NCBI GenBank assembly: GCA_033763315.1
Contig: JANRKS010000032.1
Location: 192,001 to 256,000 of the forward strand
From: Deltaproteobacteria bacterium
GTDB lineage: Bacteria > Myxococcota_A > Polyangia > Fen-1088
Direction: 5' to 3'
Length of the DNA: 64,000 bases
Shown: positions 9,646 to 18,246 of the stretch, piece after piece
How positions within the stretch are numbered: position 1 is the stretch's first letter
Layout of the letters: every line of letters starts with the position of its first letter
Made by a program: the position numbers and the translations under genes
The notes under the pieces: generated by a model
Told to the model about the DNA's origin: nothing
What the model saw: the letters and a program-made list of their open reading frames with translations, nothing else
Database searches by the model: none

Positions 9646-10407
9646 ATGAACTTCAACGTAATCGAATTGTGGCACGGCATGAATGGCTTGGTCCGGACCG
9701 TTGTGACGGTTCTAACCATCCAAGGTCTCGCAACTTTGGCGGTCTCGGTAGATCGCTTGATGTTGTTGATCATGTCGAACTGGCGCGGGCGCAAATTCGC
9801 ACGCAAAGCGGGCCCCGTGTTGGCGCGCGGCGATCTGCAAGGCGCACTGGTGGTGGCTCGCGAAGACAAGCACAGCCATCTGGCGGCTTTCATTCGCACC
9901 GGCGTTGAAACCTTCATTGCCAAACGCAAAGGCGGGTTGGATCACGCGAAGGCCGCAGAGTTGGCGGCGCGTGCGCTTGAGCGCAAAGCCGACAGCTTGG
10001 GCGATTCGCTCAACAAGGGCATGAGCATCTTGGCCTCCACGGGTTCTACGGCACCGTTTATCGGCCTTTTGGGCACAGTTTTGGGCATCTTGAACGCGTT
10101 CAAGTTGGTGGGCCAAAACGGCTCGGGCGGCATGGGCACAATTGGTGTGGCGATTGCTGAAGCCTTGGTTGTGACGGGTTACGGTTTGATGGTCGCGATT
10201 CCCTCGGTGCTTTTGTTCAACGCGATCTCAACGCGGCTTGGAAAGTACGAGTCGGGCTTGAACCACGCCCGCCAAGAGTTGGTGGATCTGCTTGCCGGCA
10301 GCCCACACGACCTGATCATCGAGCCGGTGATGAAAGACAGCCAATCGGCGCGCACGAGCGGGACCACGAAGTCTGTGTCCCACAACGTGGCGGCGTCGCC
10401 AGCCTAG
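9646..10407 (+). CDS. exbB: MotA/TolQ/ExbB proton channel protein
   Basis: TAPFIGLLGTVLGI and IAEALVVTGYGLMVAIP; SD AAGGAG. Confidence 0.92.
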   Translation: MNFNVIELWHGMNGLVRTVVTVLTIQGLATLAVSVDRLMLLIMSNWRGRKFARKAGPVLARGDLQGALVVAREDKHSHLAAFIRTGVETFIAKRKGGLDHAKAAELAARALERKADSLGDSLNKGMSILASTGSTAPFIGLLGTVLGILNAFKLVGQNGSGGMGTIGVAIAEALVVTGYGLMVAIPSVLLFNAISTRLGKYESGLNHARQELVDLLAGSPHDLIIEPVMKDSQSARTSGTTKSVSHNVAASPA

Positions 10408-10443
10408 TGTCTTCGCTCTTCTATTGTTGAAAGGAACGTTACG

Positions 10444-10890
10444 ATGGCTTGGCTACCACCTTCATCCGTTAAAAAACCAAAACCGCGTCCCGTAATGAAC
10501 GTGACGCCGCTGGTGGACGTTGTGTTGGTGTTGCTGATCATCTTCATGGTGGTCATTCCCGCGATGGACGACAGCTTGAACATCGTGGTGCCAGGCATCG
10601 TGAACGTGGATGAGAAGAAGGAAGATAAGGAAAAGCCCTTCGTGCTTTCGGTCACCGACAGCGGCGAGATGCACCTCGAAGACGAAATTGTGCCGAGCAA
10701 GGATTTGGAAAAATTCTTGCGCGACGCAAGCCGCCGCGAGCCGGGCCGCAAGCTTGTGCTTCGTGGTGACAAGTCCGTTCCTTATGGCCTCATGAGGCAG
10801 ATCTACCGGTCGGTGCAGGGCGTGGGATTTCCAGGCGTATCTTTGCGAGTGAGCCCACGCAAGGGTGAAGAAGTTCAAGCTCAAAACTAG
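10444..10890 (+). CDS. exbD: ExbD/TolR family protein
   Basis: MNVTPLVDVVLVLLIIFMV and LRGD motifs. Confidence 0.92.
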   Translation: MAWLPPSSVKKPKPRPVMNVTPLVDVVLVLLIIFMVVIPAMDDSLNIVVPGIVNVDEKKEDKEKPFVLSVTDSGEMHLEDEIVPSKDLEKFLRDASRREPGRKLVLRGDKSVPYGLMRQIYRSVQGVGFPGVSLRVSPRKGEEVQAQN

Positions 10891-10905
10891 TTAGGAACAA
10901 GCACC

Positions 10906-11349
10906 ATGGGAATGGACGTAGAAGTTGGCGATAAAGGCGGCAAAAAAGGCCGCGCCAAACACCGCCCCGAAATGAACGTGACACCCCTTGTAGACGTGGT
11001 GTTGGTTCTGTTGATCATTTTCATGGTGCTGACCGCGGCGCTCAACGAGCATTTTTGGTTGAACGTGCCCGAGAAAAACAAAGACGACGTTGTCGAGCAA
11101 GATGACGATGCTGAGCAACCGATCGTTGTGTCGGTGAACGCGCAAGGCCGCATTCAAATCAACCGCGATGTTTATCCCGATAACGAATTCGCTGCGCGCC
11201 TGCGCCGCATGCTGGTTGCCCGCGGCGATCGCCGCGTTTACTTCGACGCTCAAGACCGGGTTCCCTTTGCCCGCGCCGTTCAAGTTCTGGACTTGGCGCG
11301 CGGCGGGGGCGCCGCCCATATCGCGGTTGTGACGGAGAAGCTCGAATAA
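10906..11349 (+). CDS. exbD: ExbD/TolR family protein, second copy
   Basis: EMNVTPLVDVVLVLLIIFMV motif. Confidence 0.92.
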   Translation: MGMDVEVGDKGGKKGRAKHRPEMNVTPLVDVVLVLLIIFMVLTAALNEHFWLNVPEKNKDDVVEQDDDAEQPIVVSVNAQGRIQINRDVYPDNEFAARLRRMLVARGDRRVYFDAQDRVPFARAVQVLDLARGGGAAHIAVVTEKLE

Positions 11350-11393
11350 ACCATCCGCCCGCGCCCCCCACCTAACCCAACACCACCCATCCA

Positions 11394-14387
11394 ATGATTC
11401 GAAGACTATTGCCCTTCGTGGGCGGAGCCCTGCCCATAACCGTGTGTGCGGTGCTCGCACTTCCCGCTTTCGCGCAAGATGAGCCGCTGCCTGATGTGCA
11501 GGCCGACGCTGGCGTCGTTGATGGCGGTGACGTTGATGGTGGCGACCTTGATGGCGGCGTGGTGGCCACGCCTGTGCCGGTGGTGGCCCCCGTTGTGGCC
11601 GCGCCTGCGCCTGTGGTGCCGCAGAAGCAAGTGCTTGAGCCCGGGGCCGACACGGACACGGGCGTGAAGGGCCACGTCTACGACGCGAAAACAAAGCAGC
11701 CGATGGCGGTGGCGCCGGTGCTGGTGAAAGGCGGCGGCAAAACGCGCACCACGATGACGGATGAGCAGGGCGGTTACCGCCTGTATCTGCCGCCCGGCAC
11801 TTACAGCGTGATGTCGTATTACGATCTCTATCACGGCGCGCGCATCAAAGGCGCCAAGGTCAACCGCGGCAAGCTGCTGAACTTGAACTTGATGTTGTTC
11901 CCTCTCGATGAAAACGAGGAGGTATCGATTCAAGAATTCGAGATCGCGTATAGGGCGGATACGACAAGCGCGGCGGCACAAGATCAATTGAGGTTGGCGA
12001 GCTCAAGCATCGGCGAAGGCTTCGGCGCCAAGCAAATGTCGCAAGTGGGCGCAAGCGATGCAGGTGGTGCGGCGGCGAGGGTGGTGGGCGTGCAGGTGGA
12101 AGACAACCAGCTTGTTGTGCGCGGGTTGGGTGGAAGGTACACGCGCGTGCTTCTCAACGGCGTGCCTGTGCCGAGTACGGATCCGGATTTGCCAGGGGCT
12201 GACCTGGATCTGTTTCCGACGCACGTCATCGACAGCTTGAACATATCGAAGACCTTCCTGCCGAACAGCCCGGCAGATTTCGCTGGCGGCTTGATGGAGA
12301 TCAAAAGCGTCACTTTTCCCCGGAAATTCACGTTCGAGATTGGTCTTTCGACCGGCGCCAACAGTCAATCCACGTTTCGCGACAACTTGACCTACAAAGG
12401 CGGGAAGTACGATTTCCTTGGTTACGATGACGGGAGTCGCAGCCTGCCCTCGGCGATTCCGCCAGCGGAGCCAGTTACCATTTCTCGCACGGGTAGGTAT
12501 CAGTCCTTTGACTCGATCTACGAGGCGACTCGTGCCTTCTCGAACCGTTGGCAGTACAGCTATACAACGGGGCTTCCAAAAATTGGAATTTCGTCAACTC
12601 TCGGTGCGTCTAGAAAGTTCGGAGATCGCAGCCGTGTTGGGTACCTTGTAACTGCAAGCTACGACTATGAGATGCTTCGGAAGATCGGTATCGCACGTCC
12701 TCGTCCGGTCTCGACGTCCGATGGCTCGCTGATGGTTCTCAACGACTACAAGCTTGAATCGGGGACCGAAGAGGTTGCGATGAATGCCTTTGGGACGGCA
12801 AGCGTTGACCTAGGACCTGATCATTCGTTGACACTCGTTTCGCTTTTTAATCGTAGCGCGTCCGACGAAACACAGTTGCAACGAGGTATCAACGGCGAGC
12901 TGGGCAACGACGCCCTATTTGAGAAATGGCAGTTACAGTTTCTGGCACGCTCGCTATGGTTCAACCAGTTCTTCGGCGACCACCGCAACCTCGCGGGCAC
13001 TCGCCTAAGGTTGAGATGGACAGCTTTTCAGTCCAGCGGTCGTCGTGAAGAGCCAGATCGGCGTACCATCGCGTACGGCCCTGAAGGCGGCTCCTCCCGC
13101 TGGCTCACGCGCTCCGGATCTGGCGAAAGGTTCTACAGCAACCTTGAACAAAACGACATCGGGTTGACGACTTCCTTGCGTTTTCCCCTTTGGTCACAGG
13201 CGTGGGGAACCTTAGGCGTGTGGGGCCAGCGGACGGGCCGAGACTTTGACAACCGCCGCTTCCGTATGCTTCGCGCGACAGAGAACGGCGTACCTGCTGA
13301 AGCGTTCTCGGCACCTATCGAAGAGATATTCGGTCCCACAGGTGTTGGAAGGCTCTCGCGCATCGGTGAGTTTACGCGTGATGACGACAGCTACCGCGCC
13401 AAGCAGGTTTTATACGCGGCCTACGGTATGGCTGAGACGCCGCTCATCGGGAGGTTGTCACTTGCAGGAGGTGTGAGGACCGAGGTGTTTCAACAGGAGG
13501 TTGAGTCCTTCAACGTATTCAAAGCCCAAGCCGCGGCGATGCCGGGCGATCAGATGCGGACGGATCGAACGGACACCGATTATCTGCCGGGCGCTAACCT
13601 AAAGTACGAGCTTACGAAGGACATGCTCCTGAGAGCTGCCTACGGTGTAACAGTTTCTAGACCGCAGGCGCGTGAGTTGGCACCTTTCCAATATTACGAT
13701 TTCGTTCGCGACAGAAACATCGTCGGGAATCCAAACCTGAGTCGCACCTTGATTCAGAACGCTGACTTGCGCTGGGAGTGGTTTATTGGAGAAGGCGAGG
13801 TCCTCGCCTTGTCGACCTTCTATAAGAAGTTCGACAAGCCCATCGAGCTGGTCATCAGCAATCCCAACTACGATAGCCAGTTCAGAAACGCCAAAGGTGC
13901 AACCAACATCGGCGTTGAAGGCGAGGCTCGACTAAGCCTCAAGCGGCTGGCGAACGCGCTCAAGCGATTCTCCTTGGATGGCAACTTCGCTTTGGTGCAA
14001 TCCAAGATCGAGATCAATCCCGAAGATGCGGGGGCGGTTGCCGCGAATAGGCCCTTGTACGGTCAGGCGCCCTACGTCATCAACTTGGCGCTTCGTTTTC
14101 ACGAACCTGACACACAGTTCAGTGCTTCTGTCGTCTACAACGTGGTGGGTCCTCGGTTGTCGGATGTTGGTGTTCGCTCCGGTGACCTGATCCTTCCGAA
14201 CATTGACGAACAAGCGTTTCACTCACTTGATCTCATATCCAGCATCGGCGTGGGAAAGCACTTAAAGATCAAGGCTCGAGCTCGAAATCTTTTGTTCCAG
14301 ACGATTCGCCTAAAACAAGGCAGTTTTCTCACGCAGCGAATTGAACCCGGACTCACGGTCAGCGTAGGACTTTCTTACGAGTACTAA
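11394..14387 (+). CDS. TonB-dependent receptor with N-terminal carboxypeptidase-regulatory-like domain
   Basis: Signal peptide; plug motifs VRGLGGRY, LNGV and LDLFP; barrel motifs GNPNL and NADLRWEWF; ends VGLSYEY. Confidence 0.92.
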   Translation: MIRRLLPFVGGALPITVCAVLALPAFAQDEPLPDVQADAGVVDGGDVDGGDLDGGVVATPVPVVAPVVAAPAPVVPQKQVLEPGADTDTGVKGHVYDAKTKQPMAVAPVLVKGGGKTRTTMTDEQGGYRLYLPPGTYSVMSYYDLYHGARIKGAKVNRGKLLNLNLMLFPLDENEEVSIQEFEIAYRADTTSAAAQDQLRLASSSIGEGFGAKQMSQVGASDAGGAAARVVGVQVEDNQLVVRGLGGRYTRVLLNGVPVPSTDPDLPGADLDLFPTHVIDSLNISKTFLPNSPADFAGGLMEIKSVTFPRKFTFEIGLSTGANSQSTFRDNLTYKGGKYDFLGYDDGSRSLPSAIPPAEPVTISRTGRYQSFDSIYEATRAFSNRWQYSYTTGLPKIGISSTLGASRKFGDRSRVGYLVTASYDYEMLRKIGIARPRPVSTSDGSLMVLNDYKLESGTEEVAMNAFGTASVDLGPDHSLTLVSLFNRSASDETQLQRGINGELGNDALFEKWQLQFLARSLWFNQFFGDHRNLAGTRLRLRWTAFQSSGRREEPDRRTIAYGPEGGSSRWLTRSGSGERFYSNLEQNDIGLTTSLRFPLWSQAWGTLGVWGQRTGRDFDNRRFRMLRATENGVPAEAFSAPIEEIFGPTGVGRLSRIGEFTRDDDSYRAKQVLYAAYGMAETPLIGRLSLAGGVRTEVFQQEVESFNVFKAQAAAMPGDQMRTDRTDTDYLPGANLKYELTKDMLLRAAYGVTVSRPQARELAPFQYYDFVRDRNIVGNPNLSRTLIQNADLRWEWFIGEGEVLALSTFYKKFDKPIELVISNPNYDSQFRNAKGATNIGVEGEARLSLKRLANALKRFSLDGNFALVQSKIEINPEDAGAVAANRPLYGQAPYVINLALRFHEPDTQFSASVVYNVVGPRLSDVGVRSGDLILPNIDEQAFHSLDLISSIGVGKHLKIKARARNLLFQTIRLKQGSFLTQRIEPGLTVSVGLSYEY

Positions 14388-14440
14388 CTGATCTGCAAGA
14401 TTGAAGAAACCAAGGAAGATAGTTTAAGGAGACTTTTAGA

Positions 14441-15904
14441 ATGGCGAAAAAATTGCTCGCGAAATATTTTGTTGCTGGCGCGTTGGTCGCCGGCCTGGCA
14501 GCAGGCTGTGACGACGACGAGCCTGAAGTTGTGACGGATGCAGCAGCCACAGACGGCGGTGGCGGCAGCAACGCTGACGGTGGTGTGGTGCCAGGCACCG
14601 ACTCAGGTTCAGACGTTGCCAGTCCTGCATGCCCTGCTGAAACCGCTGTTACCGGCGACATCACAGCTAACACAACGTGGGCTTGCCCTTCATACTCCCT
14701 CAAGAAACTGATCTACGTTACAAACGGCGCGACGCTGACCATCAAGGAAGGCGTCAAGATCACCGCCGACACCACCGTGTCGAATCCTGTGCCCGGTCTG
14801 ATCGTCAGCCGCGGGTCCAAGCTCATGGCAAAGGGCACCGCCGCGAAGCCGATCTTGTTCACATCAGAGAACCCAGTCGGTGCGCGCGCCGCGGGCAACA
14901 TCGCAGGCTTGGCCCTGTTGGGCAGCGCGACGATCAATCAAGGTACCTGCAGCACTGGTGGAGCGGCCGGCTGTGCGGCGCCTGGCTTCCTTCAGAACAA
15001 CTTCGAGGGGATCAATGGTGAACCTCGGGCGATCTATGGCGGAACTGACGACGCCAGCAGCTGCGGCGAGCTTGAATACGTGCGCATCGAATTCGCTGGT
15101 GCTGAGCTTCAGCCTGGCAAGGAACTCAATGGCCTCTCCGTTGCTGGCTGTGGTTCGGGCACCAAGCTCAGCTACATCCAAGTCCACCGTGGCAAGGATG
15201 ACGGCGTTGAGTTCTTCGGCGGCACGGCCAGCATCGATCACGTGGTTATCACGGGCGAGGAAGATGACGCTCTTGACTGGGACTTGGGATGGCGCGGCCG
15301 CGCGCAGTTCGTAGTGATTCAGAAGTGGGTAGGTTTCGGCGACAACGGCTTCGAATCGAACAATGCCACGGACTTTGGTGAAACCTTGGCTCCTCGCTCG
15401 GCACCTCAGCTTTACAACGTCACTCTGGTCGGAACGCCGACCACACGTGCGATGCTTCTGCGTCAGGGTACACGGGGCATCATGAAGAACTTCATCGTTC
15501 AAGGTTTCGGAAAGAACGTTGACGTCCAGTGGAAGGACGCAGCAAACGTTCCGACCACGGAATGGCCCGCCCAATTGAGTGTCGAGAACAGCGTGTTCTT
15601 CGGCAACGTAGACTGGGCTCCAGAAACCAGTGCTGACGCCATGGCCGCCGACTACAACGACGACTTTGGCTTCGATGAGAAGGCGGCTTTTTCGGACGCG
15701 GCTCGCAAGAATCAGTTTGCGGTTGATCCGCAACTCACCGCTGTAGTGGAGACTGCACCGAACTTCACTCCGAAGAACCCCGCCTTGGCAAACCAAGCTG
15801 TGCCTCCAGCGGGATTCGATGCAACAGCAAACTACGCTGGCGCCATCGCTCCTAACGCAGCGACGAGCTGGCTTGACGGCTGGACTGCGTTCCCGAAGAA
15901 CTAA
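14441..15904 (+). CDS. Parallel beta-helix lipoprotein, partner of the TBDR
   Basis: Lipobox AAGC; YVRIEFAG...NGLSVAGCGSGT...IQVH...DDGVEFFGG...EDDALDWDLGWRG; ends SWLDGWTAF; SD AAGGAG. Confidence 0.78.
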   Translation: MAKKLLAKYFVAGALVAGLAAGCDDDEPEVVTDAAATDGGGGSNADGGVVPGTDSGSDVASPACPAETAVTGDITANTTWACPSYSLKKLIYVTNGATLTIKEGVKITADTTVSNPVPGLIVSRGSKLMAKGTAAKPILFTSENPVGARAAGNIAGLALLGSATINQGTCSTGGAAGCAAPGFLQNNFEGINGEPRAIYGGTDDASSCGELEYVRIEFAGAELQPGKELNGLSVAGCGSGTKLSYIQVHRGKDDGVEFFGGTASIDHVVITGEEDDALDWDLGWRGRAQFVVIQKWVGFGDNGFESNNATDFGETLAPRSAPQLYNVTLVGTPTTRAMLLRQGTRGIMKNFIVQGFGKNVDVQWKDAANVPTTEWPAQLSVENSVFFGNVDWAPETSADAMAADYNDDFGFDEKAAFSDAARKNQFAVDPQLTAVVETAPNFTPKNPALANQAVPPAGFDATANYAGAIAPNAATSWLDGWTAFPKN

Positions 15905-15920
15905 ACTTCGCCATAGACCA

Positions 15921-15958
15921 AAAACGGCTCAGTCGGCACACGCCGGCTGAGCCGTTTT
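15921..15958. terminator. Intrinsic, probably bidirectional, terminator closing the TonB operon
   Basis: AAAACGGCTCAGTCGGC-ACAC-GCCGGCTGAGCCGTTTT, a 17-bp stem with one G-U pair. Confidence 0.85.
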
Positions 15959-16243
15959 GCATTTGGAGCCCAGCAGGGCGCCCACTCTCCCACGTCAGAG
16001 CGCATGAAGACCTGAGAATCATCGCAGATTTGGAGTTGTGCAGTGTCGACAACGACCGTCTTGCACAGCTTTGCACATTCAAGGTTTGAGTACCTTTGTT
16101 CGGCCGTTCGTGCGTAAATTTTTGCCTGAAAACCTGGCAAAGTCTTTCCTGCCAGACGACTCAGTACCTCTGTTACTTCAACTCTCACGAGGCGCGTGAC
16201 GGTCACGTCGCCTGATCAACTTTAGAAGAACGGAGAACGAGAA

Positions 16244-16939
16244 ATGAAACTCAGATTCGGCATTATTCAACTGCTTCTAGCTATTGCCGTGATTGGCCAA
16301 AGTGAATTTGCATTCGCCCAGCAAGCATACCCACCTGGTGGCGCGTTCTCCGCCTCTGGTGTCACGGTGGCTATCGGCAAGATTTATCAAAGGGCAGGAT
16401 CCGTGCATGTTGGCACCGGCGTTCTTTACGTTTCGAATGCCAACCCCAGCAATTGCGTGTATGTAAGCGGCGCCGGGGCTGTTTACGGGTCTTCGTACAA
16501 TGACGTAATCTATGTGGACACGGGATCAGGCATCGACCTCAATGGCAATTGTCCGTACTTTAGCGGTGGCCGACCACAACTCTCTGTCCAGTTGCAAATT
16601 TACGGCCAGAGCGGTAACGACGACATCTACGGTGGCCTCGATGCCGGGAGAATAGAAGGAGGCAATGGCGACGACCGAATCCAGACGATGGGCACCGGTT
16701 ACGTATACATCGACGGCGGAAGCGGCAACGACCGAATCCGCTCGTTAGGAGTGTGCACAAATGCGGTTTGGAATTGCCCCCAACTTTGGGGCTCGGCTGA
16801 CAATGATTGCCTTGAGGCTCGCTCTAATGCGTATGTCAACGGCAATGGCGGCAGTAACATCTGCTACCTGGAGCCAGGCGCAACGATCCAATCGTACAAT
16901 TGCACTTCATGGGGGCCGGAAGCCATTTGTGAGTGGTAG
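16244..16939 (+). CDS. Secreted protein with RTX/hemolysin-type Ca-binding repeats
   Basis: Sec signal ending AFA-Q; repeats GQSGNDDI, GGNGDDRI, GGSGNDRI, GSADNDCL; SD GGAG. Confidence 0.75.
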   Translation: MKLRFGIIQLLLAIAVIGQSEFAFAQQAYPPGGAFSASGVTVAIGKIYQRAGSVHVGTGVLYVSNANPSNCVYVSGAGAVYGSSYNDVIYVDTGSGIDLNGNCPYFSGGRPQLSVQLQIYGQSGNDDIYGGLDAGRIEGGNGDDRIQTMGTGYVYIDGGSGNDRIRSLGVCTNAVWNCPQLWGSADNDCLEARSNAYVNGNGGSNICYLEPGATIQSYNCTSWGPEAICEW

Positions 16940-17216
16940 CCCCAGCGCATGGGTTTGAGGCCGCGATTTTGAGCGGCGGCATTGGCCAACGCGAGCGGTA
17001 ACCATCGCCATGATGGGCGGTCGCCAAGTCATCGCGGGTGTTGGGCTGGCGGCGTGCAGGCGAAATGGATGTCAACAGTCGCCGTGCATGCCGCCGTTAT
17101 GTCTTTCAATGTTGTGCTTAGCCGTTTGACTGGCCTGAGAGGCGCTTGACGGGAGGGCTACTTCACTACGACGTTAAGCATGAACTCCCCCAGGGTCTGT
17201 ACATTGGTAGTCTGAC

Positions 17217-17828
17217 TCAACATTCTCCCGGTCCTATGCGGAACGTGGCCAGCATCTGACACAGCGTTCGATAGGGGAGCCCGGCCATTTCGGCAGCTTG
17301 CCGTTTCGTTTTGGATTTGGCCAAAAGGGCTTTCAAATAAGCCTCCCTAAACTGTGACTCCGCTACGAACAGGGGCTTACCAGCTGAACTGCTCGCATCG
17401 GCTCTCCCGAAATGAGCCTCTAGTTCTTTTTGGGCGATTGCCTGAAGGCGCCTGCCCAAGCACTTCCTTATCAGCGCATCAACGAACCCCTCCATCGCTA
17501 GAGAATCGTACGCGACGACGTTAGAGAAACCGACTGAGCGCAGAGCGAGTTCAACAGAAGGCGCCTGGCCGTTACATATGAGTGCAAGCTCTGGTTCGCC
17601 AAGAGCACACAGACTGCCGACCAAGCGGCCGAGTTGCGAAAGGTCTTGCTCATCACGCATGAACGCAACCACTGCCTCGACGGGTGATGATGCCATTGAA
17701 GGCGGCAAGTCGCTGAAGTGTGCGTGACTTACGAAATGCCCCTTCATTTTTAGCGACCACAGGCGTTCTAGATCTTCCGATGCATTCGAGACCAGCAGGA
17801 CGGTTCCGAGGTCGATTCGCCTCCTCAT
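17217..17828 (-). CDS. Pseudo-receiver plus Fis-type HTH regulator
   Basis: C-terminal FREAYLKALL...AAEMAGLPYRTL resembles the NtrC/Fis HTH. N-terminal receiver-like beta/alpha pattern lacks the acidic residues. Start placed at MRRRID, uncertain. Confidence 0.6.
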   Translation of the reverse strand: MRRRIDLGTVLLVSNASEDLERLWSLKMKGHFVSHAHFSDLPPSMASSPVEAVVAFMRDEQDLSQLGRLVGSLCALGEPELALICNGQAPSVELALRSVGFSNVVAYDSLAMEGFVDALIRKCLGRRLQAIAQKELEAHFGRADASSSAGKPLFVAESQFREAYLKALLAKSKTKRQAAEMAGLPYRTLCQMLATFRIGPGEC

Positions 17829-18246
17829 GTGAGAGCGTTCATCCTCGCACCCCGTGCCCCATGAATTGACTCGATGCGCCATAGTCGTCCGTTGGCCACC
17901 GTAGCCTATCGCGCCAGTGTTCATGGTCAAGTCACATCTTGGTTCAGTGAGGCTATTCCTAGGTCCATTTGAACTAAATACGGCGGTCTGGGGTCTGCGT
18001 CGTGGTCCGAATGTGCTCACGATCGAACTCCAGCCCTTAGACTGCTCTCGTCCCCTCGCAGCCGAGCCTCAACGGCGAGAGGTTGGCTTGAATAAGCACA
18101 CGCCACTGTCCGCGCCCTCGCCATGCCGGAGCCACCTAGCCGTGTCCTTGCGTGCATCACGGAGCTGCGGCCAAGACATTCAACAAACTGAACGCAGATT
18201 GGTCACCAGGCGGAACCAAAAGGCGAGAGCCGCCGTACGCCAGCTG

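Noticed and set aside
15901-16206. 101-aa minus-strand ORF between the terminator and the RTX gene
   Set aside because: It runs through the terminator and likely promoter region and has no recognisable motif.
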